DNA from: Gemmatimonadota bacterium
GTDB taxonomy: Bacteria; Latescibacterota; UBA2968; UBA8231
Direction: 5' to 3'
Length of the DNA stretch: 64,000 nucleotides
Assembly: GCA_038153405.1 (NCBI GenBank)
Contig: JAYOYH010000013.1
Span: 14,162-78,161 of the forward strand
The notes beneath the pieces were generated by a model that saw nothing but the letters and a program-made list of their open reading frames with translations, made no database searches and had not been told where the DNA came from. The translations under genes and the position numbers were made by a program. Of the stretch, positions 37,127 through 47,246 are shown in pieces (the first letter of the stretch is position 1; each line of letters begins with the position of its first letter).

Positions 37127-39630
37127 GCGCTCGCTGGCCGGCGGCCCTACTGCTGGCGCTGGCCGTGCTGCTGGCCTATGGAAACGTGCCGGGCAACAGC
37201 TTTCACTACGACGACGAACACTCGATTTTAGAAAACCCCCACCTGCGTTCGCTGGCCAACGCGCCGCGCTTTTTTAGCGATTCTTCCACCTTTTCCGGGC
37301 TTGCCGAAGCGCGCATGTACCGGCCCCTTCTCGTGCTGAGCTATGCCCTCAACTACGCGCTTGGCGGCTACGCACCTTTGGGATACCATCTGGTAAATAT
37401 GGGGTTGCATCTGGTCAACGCACTGCTGGTATGGCGGGTGGCGCTGGCACTGGGCGTGCGTGCGGGACCGGCCCTGGCCGCCGCTTTGCTCTTTGCCGTT
37501 CATCCGGTGCTGAGCGAACCGGTCAACTACATCAGCAGCCGTTCCTCGCTGTTGGTCACCTGCTTTGTGGCGCTGGCGTTTTTGCTGTATGTGCAGGGGC
37601 GTGCGGCGGTGTTGGTCTGCGCGTCCTACGCTGCTGCTCTACTGGCCAAATCCAGTGCCATCACCTTTCCCTTTCTACTGCTCCTCGTACCCCAAAGGGT
37701 AGGCGATTCGCGTGGGCGTTCTACGCTCTATATATGCGCCGCACTGAGCGGGCTCTATCTGTGGGGCACGCAGGCCATCGTCGGCAAGGCCATGCTGGAG
37801 CCCGTGCGCACCCACTGGGTGCAATGGGCCACGCAGAGTAAAGCGCTGGTGTTCTACGTCTACAAGGCCTTCGCGCCGTTTGCGCTAAGCGTAGAGCCGC
37901 AGTTTCGCCTATCCCCCTCCTTTGGCGAGGGGGTGGTGCTGGTGGCTCTGGCTGCTGTGCTTTCGCTGGCGTTTATCGCCCTGCGCAGTGCGCGCGGAGT
38001 CCTCTTGCTGGGCACGGGGTGGTTTTTTATCGCTCTGCTGCCGCCGTCCATCGTTCCGCTCAACGTGTTGGTCAACGAACATCGCCTCTATTTGCCCATG
38101 GTCGGCGGGGCGCTGTTCTTAGCCGAACTGGCAGGGCGCACGCGGCGGAGCAAGGTCGTGGCGCTGTGCGCGCTCGTGGGCATGGCATCGCTCTGCCTGC
38201 AGCGCAACAGCGCGTGGCACAGCGCGGAAACCTTGTGGGCCGATGCGGTTGGGAAAGGTCCATATATGGCCAGGCCCTATGTCAATTGGGCACAGGCCCT
38301 GCTCGAAAAGGGGCGAGTAGAGGAATCCATTGAAGCCAGTCGGCGCGCGCTGGAGCTGCAGCCCGGCCTGGCGCGCGCCCACTACAATTTAGGCACGGCG
38401 TATATGTACCAAGAACGCTACGAACTTGCCGAAGCACACCTGCTGCGGGCAGCCGATTTAGACAGCGTTCTCTTTGCGGCACAAAACAATCTGGGCAACC
38501 TCTACCAGCAACTGGGGCGTGCAGACCAAGCCTTGATCCACTACCAAAAGGCCGCCTCGATTGGTGCGTATGCCTCGCTCCTATACAATATGGGTCAGGC
38601 CCATCTGCAGGCGGGTCGACCCGATTCGGCAGCCCGCTATTTTCGCGGCGCGCTCGAGCGCGAACCCAACCTGCGCGCAGGCTACCGTGGGCTGGCCGAG
38701 ACACTGCGCGCTCAGGAGCGCTTCAACGATGCCATCGCCGTGCTCGAAGAGGCGCTGTCGGCCTGGCCGCAGGACGGGGAATTGGCCCGCCTGCTCGCCG
38801 CTAGCTACGCCGGATTAGGGCGCGAAGAAGCGGCCCGTGCCGTCTATCGTCGGCTGGGTATGAGCGCTGCGCAGGGGTGGTCTTTGCTGGCCGGGGAGGC
38901 GCTGCGTCGCGGCCGCTGGCAGCGGGCATACGAGTGCGTGCAGGAAGCGCTCAAAACGGAGGAGAGTGCGGCGCTGTACAACGATCTCGGTGCGGCGCTG
39001 GTCGGCTTAGAACGCATAGAGGAGGGACTACAGGCCTTTCGCCAGTCTGCGCGCTTGGATCCGCAAGGTGCCCGTTCCTATGCCAATATTGGTCGGGTCT
39101 ACCTCCAGCACGGCCGCTTTGCCGAGGCCGTTGCCGCCCTCGAGCGGGCCGTGGAACTCGATGCAAACAACGGCGCGTTCTGCGCACTGCTCGGACGGGC
39201 TTATGAGGGATCTGGTAAAGAGGACAACGCGCTGCAGTGGTATCGCCGAGCCGTCGATAATGCGCCGGAAAACGCTGCTCATCGCACCCTGCTAGCCCGG
39301 CGCTATCGGGCCATGGGCCAACTCGGCCAGGCCGAGCGCCTCTACCGCCAAGCGCTGGAGCGCGACGCCGGCGACGTGGACGCGCTGTGCGATTTGGGCG
39401 CGCTCTATCTGCGGGACGGACGCGGCCAAGAGGCGGTAGCGCTGCTTGCCCGCGCCGTGCGTATGGCACCCAACCGCGTCGATGCGCACATCGATTTGGT
39501 GGATGCCTATTTGGGCGAGGGAAATCGCCAGCGCGCCCGGGCGGCGCTGGGCGCGGCGTTGGAACTCGACCTCGAAGATGCTCAGCGCGCACGGCTCGAA
39601 GCCCGGATGAGCGCGATGAGGCAAGACTAA
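37123..39630 (+). CDS. TMTC-like GT-C glycosyltransferase with C-terminal TPR array
   Basis: FHYDDEHSILEN, YRPL, HPVLSEPVNYISSRS, NEHRLYLP, W..AETLW, followed by many TPRs (AHYNLG, NNLG). ATGA overlap with the flippase. Confidence 0.82.
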   Translation: MSARWPAALLLALAVLLAYGNVPGNSFHYDDEHSILENPHLRSLANAPRFFSDSSTFSGLAEARMYRPLLVLSYALNYALGGYAPLGYHLVNMGLHLVNALLVWRVALALGVRAGPALAAALLFAVHPVLSEPVNYISSRSSLLVTCFVALAFLLYVQGRAAVLVCASYAAALLAKSSAITFPFLLLLVPQRVGDSRGRSTLYICAALSGLYLWGTQAIVGKAMLEPVRTHWVQWATQSKALVFYVYKAFAPFALSVEPQFRLSPSFGEGVVLVALAAVLSLAFIALRSARGVLLLGTGWFFIALLPPSIVPLNVLVNEHRLYLPMVGGALFLAELAGRTRRSKVVALCALVGMASLCLQRNSAWHSAETLWADAVGKGPYMARPYVNWAQALLEKGRVEESIEASRRALELQPGLARAHYNLGTAYMYQERYELAEAHLLRAADLDSVLFAAQNNLGNLYQQLGRADQALIHYQKAASIGAYASLLYNMGQAHLQAGRPDSAARYFRGALEREPNLRAGYRGLAETLRAQERFNDAIAVLEEALSAWPQDGELARLLAASYAGLGREEAARAVYRRLGMSAAQGWSLLAGEALRRGRWQRAYECVQEALKTEESAALYNDLGAALVGLERIEEGLQAFRQSARLDPQGARSYANIGRVYLQHGRFAEAVAALERAVELDANNGAFCALLGRAYEGSGKEDNALQWYRRAVDNAPENAAHRTLLARRYRAMGQLGQAERLYRQALERDAGDVDALCDLGALYLRDGRGQEAVALLARAVRMAPNRVDAHIDLVDAYLGEGNRQRARAALGAALELDLEDAQRARLEARMSAMRQD

Positions 39631-39634
39631 GCGA

Positions 39635-39925
39635 TTAGTTTTGCAATAGAGCCGAGGCTATTTCGTCCCACTCGTCTTGCCGTTGGGCGCGGCTGTGCGC
39701 TTTGCCGGCGCGCGCGTACCAGTAGCCGGCGTTGGACTCGTCTCCCTCCACCCGGTGCAGATAGGCATGGACCCAAGCTCCTTCGGGGTCGGGCGCGTCC
39801 TGCGCCAGCGCGTGTGCAGCATCCCAATTACCCTTGGCGTCTTGCCAGAGCGCCTGCAGTGCACTGCTGATATCGCTCGGTGGCGCATCGCCCTCAATCG
39901 ATGCTTTAAACATCTGTAAATCCAT
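39635..39925 (-). CDS. Conserved hypothetical protein
   Basis: LQALW..AKGNWDAAH..AQ, AWVHAYLHRVEGD..NAGYWY. Recognisable conserved small protein of unknown function. Confidence 0.8.
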   Translation of the reverse strand: MDLQMFKASIEGDAPPSDISSALQALWQDAKGNWDAAHALAQDAPDPEGAWVHAYLHRVEGDESNAGYWYARAGKAHSRAQRQDEWDEIASALLQN

Positions 39926-40091
39926 ATATAATTCTCCGTTCTGGGTTGGTCCATCCATACTAAGGAGCGGGTGTTTTTCCAGCAAGTAGGGCCGGGCATA
40001 TGCTTGCCGAAAAAGGGTTGGTCGCGTACCTTCAACGCCGATAAAAACAGCCTCTTACACGATAAATAGCAGCTCAAAGGAGCGTTGGCAC

Positions 40092-41393
40092 ATGGCGAGC
40101 AGCGCGATTGGCGTCGGCATCATTGGTTTGGGGACGGTGGGCAGTGGCGTGGTGCGTCTATTGGAAGACGCACCCACTTCCATGCGACGGCGCAAACACG
40201 TTTGCTTTTCTATAGAGCGCGTGGCCGTGCGCGACCTCGACAAGGCGCGCTCCGTGCAGATCGACGCTGCCAAGTTGACGGACAATGCGTTGGAAGTGCT
40301 CGACGATCCCAATGTGCAGCTCGTCGTTGAATTGACCGGCGCCGCTCCCGCCTATGAATGGGTGCGCGGCGCATTGGAGCGCGGTAAAGACGTGGTGACC
40401 GCCAACAAGGCGCTGCTGGCCGAGCGCGGCGAAGAGCTCTATGCGCTGGCCCTCGAGAAGGGAGCCGACTTGCTCTTTGAGGCCAGCGTGGCCGGCGGTA
40501 TACCCATCGTGCGCTCGCTGCGCAGCGGCTTGGTGGCCAACCGCGTCGAGTCCCTCTACGGCATCTTAAACGGCACGACGAATTACATACTCACGCGCAT
40601 GACGCGCGGCGAGGGCAGCTACGCCGAAATACTGGCCGATGCGCAACAAATAGGCTATGCCGAACCCGATCCGACGATGGATGTCAGCGGGCGCGATGCG
40701 GCGCAGAAGCTGGCCATACTGAGTCGCATTGCCTTTTGCTGCACGGCAACGGGTAGCGATGTATTTTGCGAAGGCATTGAGCGCATTGAAACAAGCGATA
40801 TTGAGTATGCGCGCGAACTCGGCTATGTAATCAAGCTGTTGGCCATTGCCAAGCGCAGCGGCGAAGGGGTGGAGATGCGCGTGCATCCGGCCATGGTGCC
40901 GGCCGATTCGCTGCTGGCCAATATCAACGACGAATTCAACGCGATCGAAGTGGTTGGTTCAGCCGTTGGCAACCAGGTCTTTTACGGCAAGGGGGCCGGT
41001 CAAATGCCGACGGCCAGCGCCGTGGTAGCGGATATGGTCGAATTGGTCGAGCGCAAAGCCGCCGGTGCTGCCCCGGCCATCGGCGATATGGTGCTGGGCG
41101 ACGAGGCCCTGCCTGTAGCCTCCGTCGAGAGCATACAGATGCGCTATTTCCTGCGTATGCAGGTCCGCGATCAACCCGGTGTGTTGGAGCACATCGCGCA
41201 CATTTTGGCCGGCGAAAATATTAGCATCGCCTCGGTCTTGCAAAAGGAGCGCGACTTTGAAGGGGGGTCGGTTCCGTTGATCATCGTTACCCACGAGGCG
41301 CGCGAAGAGGCTATGCAGCGGGCCATTGCGGCGATTGGCGCCGTCGAGGCGGTGGGGGGAGCCGTTCGCCTGATCCGCATGGAGGACCTCTAA
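40092..41393 (+). CDS. hom: Homoserine dehydrogenase (with ACT domain)
   Basis: GLGTVGSG, VVTANK, FEASVAGGIP, GILNGTTNYIL, GYAEPDP, C-terminal DQPGVL ACT domain. Confidence 0.96.
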   Translation: MASSAIGVGIIGLGTVGSGVVRLLEDAPTSMRRRKHVCFSIERVAVRDLDKARSVQIDAAKLTDNALEVLDDPNVQLVVELTGAAPAYEWVRGALERGKDVVTANKALLAERGEELYALALEKGADLLFEASVAGGIPIVRSLRSGLVANRVESLYGILNGTTNYILTRMTRGEGSYAEILADAQQIGYAEPDPTMDVSGRDAAQKLAILSRIAFCCTATGSDVFCEGIERIETSDIEYARELGYVIKLLAIAKRSGEGVEMRVHPAMVPADSLLANINDEFNAIEVVGSAVGNQVFYGKGAGQMPTASAVVADMVELVERKAAGAAPAIGDMVLGDEALPVASVESIQMRYFLRMQVRDQPGVLEHIAHILAGENISIASVLQKERDFEGGSVPLIIVTHEAREEAMQRAIAAIGAVEAVGGAVRLIRMEDL

Positions 41394-42587
41394 GTGAAGT
41401 ACCTGGTGTTGGTGCCCGATGGAGCAGCCGATTATCCCCTCGATGTATTGGGAGGTCGAACACCGTTGGAAGCGGCGCATACTCCGCATATGGATCGCCT
41501 GGCGCGCGAAGGGGTCGGTGGGTTAGTGCAGATGATTCCCGCCGAGCGCCATCCGGGCAGCGATATAGGGAACTTGGAGATTTTTGGCTACGACACCCGG
41601 GTGCACTACACCGGTCGCTCGCCGCTGGAAGCGGCGAGCATGGGCGTCGATTTGGGCGCCGATGGCATCGCTTTTCGCCTCAATACGATCCATCGCAGCG
41701 GCGATACCTTGGTCGACTACAGCGCTGGACATATTTCGACGGAAGAAGCGCGGGAATTGGTCGAGGCTATCGCTGGTGAGTTGGGGCGGCCCGATCTGCG
41801 CTTTTATCCCGGCGTGGGCTATCGCCATTTGCTGGTGTTTGACCACGGGCCAGAGGCGTTGGTTTCCTACCCACCGCACGACATCATGGGCCAGTCTATT
41901 GCCCAGCACCTGCCCAGCGGTCTGGGCGAGGATGCGATTCGACAGCTGATGGAAGCGGCCGAGCCGATACTGGCCGAGCATCCGGTAAATGTGGCCCGCG
42001 CTGAACGCGGTGAGACGACCGCCAATGCCATCTGGCTGTGGGGTTCGGGGCGGGCGCTGCGGCTCGACTCGCTCGAGTCCAAGTTTGGTTTTTGCGGCGG
42101 CGTTATTTCCGCCGTCGACCTCGTGCGCGGAATTGGTCGCAGTGCCGGGCTTGACGTGATTGAGGTGCCAGGTATCACGGGCTATCTCGATACCAATTAC
42201 GAGGGAAAAGCACAGCACGCACTGCAGGTCCTCGAACGAGATAACTTTGTCTACGTGCACGTGGAGGCGCCCGACGAGGCGGGTCACAACGGCGATCCGC
42301 AGGCTAAGGTGCAGGCCATTGAGGACTTTGATGCGCGCGTGGTAGGCCCTATACGGGCCGGTCTGGAGGGCTTGGGACCGTGCCGAATTCTGATGGCGCC
42401 AGACCACCGCACGCCGATCGCACTGCGCACGCACAGCCGCGAGTCGGTGCCCTTTGTACTATGGGGTGAAGGCGTTGTCGCCGATGCCCTGCAGACCTAC
42501 AGTGAGGGCGCGGCAGCAGGCGGCAGCTTACAGGTGCAACACGGACACTGGCTTATGGAATACCTGCGGGGCACGCGCCCGCTTTAG
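41394..42587 (+). CDS. apgM: ApgM family cofactor-independent phosphoglycerate mutase-like protein (proposed homoserine kinase subfamily)
   Basis: PDGAAD, TPLEAA.TP, PGSDIGNL, HVEAPDEAGH, PDHRTP. Confidence 0.85.
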   Translation: MKYLVLVPDGAADYPLDVLGGRTPLEAAHTPHMDRLAREGVGGLVQMIPAERHPGSDIGNLEIFGYDTRVHYTGRSPLEAASMGVDLGADGIAFRLNTIHRSGDTLVDYSAGHISTEEARELVEAIAGELGRPDLRFYPGVGYRHLLVFDHGPEALVSYPPHDIMGQSIAQHLPSGLGEDAIRQLMEAAEPILAEHPVNVARAERGETTANAIWLWGSGRALRLDSLESKFGFCGGVISAVDLVRGIGRSAGLDVIEVPGITGYLDTNYEGKAQHALQVLERDNFVYVHVEAPDEAGHNGDPQAKVQAIEDFDARVVGPIRAGLEGLGPCRILMAPDHRTPIALRTHSRESVPFVLWGEGVVADALQTYSEGAAAGGSLQVQHGHWLMEYLRGTRPL

Positions 42588-42604
42588 TCGAGAGAAAAGG
42601 AACC

Positions 42605-43639
42605 ATGGCAGATCAGTTTAACGTAGCAATTATGGGTGCCACAGGCGCCGTTGGGCAGGTCATGATGGAGATCTTGGCCGAGCGCAACTTTCCCATCGGG
42701 CAGCTGCGCCTGTTGGCCTCGGCGCGCTCGGCCGGGCGCGAATGCGAATTCGCCGGCCAGTCACTCGTCGTTCAGGAGCTGCGCGAAGATTCTTTTGAAG
42801 GGGTCGATATCGTGCTGGCTTCGGCCGGAGGATCGCTGAGCAAGCAGTTCAATCCGCACGCCGTGCAGGCGGGAGCCATCGTCGTCGACAATACCTCGGC
42901 CTATCGCATGGATCCAGAAGTGCCGCTGGTTGTGCCGGAGATTAACCCGGACGACCTCGAATGGCACAAGGGGATCATCGCCAACCCGAATTGTTCTACG
43001 ATCATAATGGACGTCGTCGTCTGGCCGCTCTATCAACATCGCAAGATCAAGCGAATTGTCGCATCAACCTATCAGGCTGTCAGCGGCGCCGGTGCGCGCG
43101 CGATGGAAGAGTTAGAACAGCAGACGCGACAACTGCTGGCCGGCGAAGCTATTGAGCCCAAGGAGCTGCCGCATCAGATCGCCTTTAATCTCTTTTCGCA
43201 CAACTCCGCCGTCGGGGCGGACGGCTATTGCGAAGAAGAGACCAAGATGATCCGCGAAACGAAGAAGATGTTCCACGACGATGCGATTGGGGTGACGGCG
43301 ACGACGATCCGCGTGCCGGTGATGCGCGCCCATTCCGAGGCGATCAACCTCGAGTTTTTCGAGCCCTTTGCCGCGGAGAAAGCGCGCGAGATTCTCGCCC
43401 AGGCTCCGGGTGTCTCCATCGTCGATGACCCCACCAACAGCCACTTTCCCATGCCCATTGAGGCATCGGGCAGAGACGATGTGCTGGTGGGGCGCATCCG
43501 CCAGGATATATCTCGCCCCGACCAAACCGGTCTCGATCTATGGGTCAGCGGCGACCAGTTGCGCAAGGGGGCCGCGCTGAATGCGGTGCAAATCGCCGAG
43601 GTGATGATCGAGCGTGGTCTGGTGCGCGGGGGTAACTAA
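42605..43639 (+). CDS. asd: Aspartate-semialdehyde dehydrogenase
   Basis: GATGAVG, IIANPNCST, STYQAVSGAG, RVPVMRAHSE, DQLRKGAALNAVQIAE. Confidence 0.97.
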   Translation: MADQFNVAIMGATGAVGQVMMEILAERNFPIGQLRLLASARSAGRECEFAGQSLVVQELREDSFEGVDIVLASAGGSLSKQFNPHAVQAGAIVVDNTSAYRMDPEVPLVVPEINPDDLEWHKGIIANPNCSTIIMDVVVWPLYQHRKIKRIVASTYQAVSGAGARAMEELEQQTRQLLAGEAIEPKELPHQIAFNLFSHNSAVGADGYCEEETKMIRETKKMFHDDAIGVTATTIRVPVMRAHSEAINLEFFEPFAAEKAREILAQAPGVSIVDDPTNSHFPMPIEASGRDDVLVGRIRQDISRPDQTGLDLWVSGDQLRKGAALNAVQIAEVMIERGLVRGGN

Positions 43640-43658
43640 CCCCTTACGCAGGCGCGAC

Positions 43659-43696
43659 AACGGGCGGCGGGAGGCTACTCGCGTCGCCCGTTTTTT
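43659..43696 (+). terminator. Intrinsic terminator after asd
   Basis: aacgggcggcg...cgtcgcccgtttttt. Confidence 0.8.
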
Positions 43697-43709
43697 GTAC
43701 TTTCGTTCT

Positions 43710-44867
43710 ATGGCAAAACGCATTCTCATCTTGGCCATGAGCTTTCCGCCGCAGGCGGTGGGTACGGGAGCCTATGCCTATGCCCTGGGGCGCGGCTTGA
43801 CGCAGCGCGGCTACGAAGTGCTCGTCTTGGCGCCCGCCGGCGACGGCGATGCGGCCTTTGATGCGCGTGCCGAGGTGGCTGTCGAGCGACTCAATGTATC
43901 GTCCTTTGTCCCCCTGCGCTATTTGCAGGCGCGCGCGCGTCTGCAGCAGCAGATAGATCGCTTTGCCCCCGACTGCGTTTGGGCGGCCAATGGCATGGCC
44001 ACGCGCGTGGCCGGTTTGCTTAACTGCTGGGAGCGCATCCCCCTCATCGCATCAATGCGCGGCTCGGACGTGACGGTGCGCCTGAGCGCTCGCGGAATTG
44101 GGGCGCAGATTGAGGGCATTCCACAGCGCCGCGCCTACCGCCGCGCTGCCGCCATTGCCGCCGTGAGTCGCTTTGTGCGCGCGCGCGCCGTTGCGCAGGG
44201 AGTGGACGAAGGAGTGATCTTCGTGCACCCACCGGCATTCGACGGGGCGCTTCTGCAGCGCTATCGCTTTGACGAGGGAGGTTTTTGGGAGCGCTATCCT
44301 GAGCTAAAAGAAAAGCGCATCGTGCTCAGCGTCGCACGCTTGGTAGCGCAAAAGCGCGTCGATCGCGCCCTGCGCGCCAGCGGACGTTTGCTGAAGGAGT
44401 TTCCCGATATGGTGCATGCCGTGGTGGGCGACGGTCCAGAGCGCGCCGCATTGGAGCGCATGGCCGGTGAATTAGGCTGGGGCGATCGCGTGGTTTTTGT
44501 CGGAAAGCTGGCGCCGCTGTCGAGCGACCTCTTCGATTTTTACAGCGCGGCCGCAGTCTTTTTATTGCCCAGCGTGCGCGAGGGCATGGGCAACGTATTT
44601 ATAGAAGCAGGGGCGTTTGCCCTGCCCTGTCTGGCGGCGGCCGACGGCGGCGTCCCCGAATGCATTGACGACGGTGCGAGCGGGCTGTTGGCCCGCCCAG
44701 ACGACGTGGAGGATTTGAGTGCCAAGCTGCGCTTCTTGCTAAAGGATCCGCAGCGCGCGCGGGAAATGGGTGCGGCGGCGCGCGAAAAGGTGGGACGGGA
44801 ATACGGCATTGAGGCACTGGTGCAGCGCGGGGCAGAAGCGCTCGAGCAGGTGATGCATCGTGGCTGA
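43710..44867 (+). CDS. Glycosyltransferase family 4
   Basis: FPPQAVG, VARLVAQKRVD, VGDGPER, EGMGNVFIEA, GGVPECI. Confidence 0.92.
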   Translation: MAKRILILAMSFPPQAVGTGAYAYALGRGLTQRGYEVLVLAPAGDGDAAFDARAEVAVERLNVSSFVPLRYLQARARLQQQIDRFAPDCVWAANGMATRVAGLLNCWERIPLIASMRGSDVTVRLSARGIGAQIEGIPQRRAYRRAAAIAAVSRFVRARAVAQGVDEGVIFVHPPAFDGALLQRYRFDEGGFWERYPELKEKRIVLSVARLVAQKRVDRALRASGRLLKEFPDMVHAVVGDGPERAALERMAGELGWGDRVVFVGKLAPLSSDLFDFYSAAAVFLLPSVREGMGNVFIEAGAFALPCLAAADGGVPECIDDGASGLLARPDDVEDLSAKLRFLLKDPQRAREMGAAAREKVGREYGIEALVQRGAEALEQVMHRG

Positions 44868-45720
44868 GCGCATTGGGTGGAAAAAACGCGTAAAGCAGCA
44901 GTGCATGCGCTCTCGCTTTGGTCAGGCCTATGGCGCTTTGCGGGGGCGCGACCTGCAGCCCGAGCGCTGGATCTTTATTATAGGGTGCTACAACTCGGGT
45001 ACGACGCTGCTTAAAGACTTGCTTGCAGAACATCCCGCCATCGGCGTGCTGGCCGGTGAAGGCGTTAAATTTAGCGATGCCCTACCGCGTCCCGAAGACG
45101 CGGGCTGGCAGCGCATGTGGTGCGAGTGTTTGAGCCAGGTGCGGCTCGATCCGAGCGATGCCAACCGCGCTCTGCGCATCAAACGCCAGTGGTCCATGCT
45201 CTACCCGCCGCGCCCTAACCTATTGGAAAAATCGATTGCCAACGCCGTGCAGTTGCCCTTTCTCGAAGCGCATTTCGCGCCGGCCTACTTCGTATACATC
45301 GTCCGCAACGGCTATGCGGTTGCCGAGGGCATACGCCGCAAAACGGAGCCGGGGAAGCGCGGCAACCCGCAGTACAAAGACAAATATCCGATTGGTCTGT
45401 GTGCGCGCCAGTGGGCTGAATCGGCTCGGATCGTCGATGGGGATCGCATCAACGTCGAGCGCTTTATGAGCCTGCGCTACGAGGAGTTTGTCGCCGATCC
45501 GAGCAGTCAGGTGCGCCGCATAACGGACTTTGTCGGCCTCGAACCGCTCGACGATGTGCTCATGGCGCAGCGCTGGACGGTGCATGGGGTTGAGTCGCCC
45601 ATTCGCAATATGAATGACCAGAGCCTTGCGCGGCTGTCGGCCGAGGATATTGAGGCGATCCATTCGGTAGCGGGCGAGTGGTTGGCTCGATGGGGCTATG
45701 AACGCCCGGTGCGGCCCTAG
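44860..45720 (+). CDS. Sulfotransferase
   Basis: FIIGCYNSGTTLL (5'-PSB loop), LLEKS, YIVRNG, LRYEEFVADP. Confidence 0.9.
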   Translation: MAERIGWKKRVKQQCMRSRFGQAYGALRGRDLQPERWIFIIGCYNSGTTLLKDLLAEHPAIGVLAGEGVKFSDALPRPEDAGWQRMWCECLSQVRLDPSDANRALRIKRQWSMLYPPRPNLLEKSIANAVQLPFLEAHFAPAYFVYIVRNGYAVAEGIRRKTEPGKRGNPQYKDKYPIGLCARQWAESARIVDGDRINVERFMSLRYEEFVADPSSQVRRITDFVGLEPLDDVLMAQRWTVHGVESPIRNMNDQSLARLSAEDIEAIHSVAGEWLARWGYERPVRP

Positions 45721-47240
45721 CCAGACCAGCGCCGCCCGCGCGATTTTATATCGACAAAGGTCCAGTCCAGATCCCGGTTAAACGTGTGCATACCCAGGCG
45801 GTTGCCCTGCGGCAAGTAGCGCCTGTACTCGCGCTCGGCGTAGCGCTGGGTATCCCATTCAACAATTTCCATCAGGCGCAGTCCGTAGCCGTATCGGTGC
45901 GAGCAATCTTGGGCGGGCCGCAGCAAACACCCTGCAAACTCGGCGATGCGCCCGGCTGGACGGGCGCAGCGCACATCGGATACAATCGGATTGAGCGGAT
46001 GAGGGGTCCAGTTATCCGCCAGCGGCGAGTCGGCATAGTAGAGGAAGAGTTCACTGCGCGCCGGTGATTGGGGATGGGGCGCCAAACAGGTGAAGAGCCA
46101 CCAAATGCCTTCGCGGTAGAAAAGCGTTGAGTCAACGGCATAGAGTCCCTCAAAGAGCGTGCAGGCGCGCGTCCACTGATCGGGGAAGCGAAGGCAGCGA
46201 TAGATGTCGATGGTGCCGCTGTCGCTGCTCTCCGGCATGAGATATACATTGCCCTCGTGCGCGAATACGAAAGGGTAGGAAAGGTGGTGATCGGTCTCCA
46301 GCACACGCACGGCCTCACCGGAGGGACCGCGCTGGTCAAAGGGCTGTGCGGCGATATGGCCCTTGCCACTTAGTTGGTCGTATTCCTCGACAAATACGTA
46401 GAGCATTCCCTCGTGGCGAAAGGGAAAGGGATCGGCCCAATAGGTATGTGGCGAAGGGGTGCAGGGCGCAAAGTCGTCAAAGGAAGCGGGAAGGTCGTCG
46501 CCCGTTGTCGGACCATAGTAGACGCGCCATTCGGTGCGCTGCAGCAGGTCGGCCAGGCCGCGGCGGGCCGTGCGCGCGGCGAAGTGGGCCAGTGGGAAGG
46601 CCGCTTGCCGGGGCCTGGGTGCGGGAGGTGCGGTTGAGGGCTTGCCATGGCGAGCGTAAAAGGCGTTTGCCCCCTCGGCGCTCAGCGCCTGCAAGCGACG
46701 AGCGACAAAGGTATGTGCCATCCAGTAGAGGCGCTGGTCGCTGCGTCGCGCGGAGAAGGCATGCGTGCCGATATTGGCATGGTAGATGCAATAATCGGTA
46801 CCCCGGTAGCGGGCAAAGAGCGCAGCGCTGGCCAGGGGGTGGCATTGGCCGACGGCGTTCAATCCGGTCGAACCGGCTATGAAAGCGGGGTGAAAGTGCC
46901 AGGTGCCGAGCGGTGCCTCGTCCGTGGGAATCGGCTGCGAACTCAGATGGAGGAGCACGTCGATGGGCCCTTCGGCGGGCAAGAACGTCAAGTGGGGCAG
47001 GGTTGAGGACAGTTCAACGCGCTGAAGGGCATCGTCTGCAACGGGGAAGAACATGCGGTCAACGCACTGGTAAAGCGCGGTGCTAAAGGGTGCGCTGGGC
47101 GCGGTCGGCGAGTGGAATGCCAAGCGTTCTATGCGCGCTACGCCGCTCGTTTCGACGCTGTGCAGAAGGGCGGCAATCCAGGCGGGCACGGCGGCCCCAT
47201 CGACGGCTACGCCAATGCGCAACGGATGGCTCGAGTCCAC
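45717..47240 (-). CDS. Glucosamine inositolphosphorylceramide transferase N-terminal-like (beta-propeller, GH43-like) protein
   Basis: YWADPFPF, HLSYPFVF, YLMPE, WTPHPLNPI, ARPAG, RPAQDC...YG, MHTFN. Confidence 0.7.
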   Translation of the reverse strand: MDSSHPLRIGVAVDGAAVPAWIAALLHSVETSGVARIERLAFHSPTAPSAPFSTALYQCVDRMFFPVADDALQRVELSSTLPHLTFLPAEGPIDVLLHLSSQPIPTDEAPLGTWHFHPAFIAGSTGLNAVGQCHPLASAALFARYRGTDYCIYHANIGTHAFSARRSDQRLYWMAHTFVARRLQALSAEGANAFYARHGKPSTAPPAPRPRQAAFPLAHFAARTARRGLADLLQRTEWRVYYGPTTGDDLPASFDDFAPCTPSPHTYWADPFPFRHEGMLYVFVEEYDQLSGKGHIAAQPFDQRGPSGEAVRVLETDHHLSYPFVFAHEGNVYLMPESSDSGTIDIYRCLRFPDQWTRACTLFEGLYAVDSTLFYREGIWWLFTCLAPHPQSPARSELFLYYADSPLADNWTPHPLNPIVSDVRCARPAGRIAEFAGCLLRPAQDCSHRYGYGLRLMEIVEWDTQRYAEREYRRYLPQGNRLGMHTFNRDLDWTFVDIKSRGRRWSG

Positions 47241-47246
47241 CCGAAA

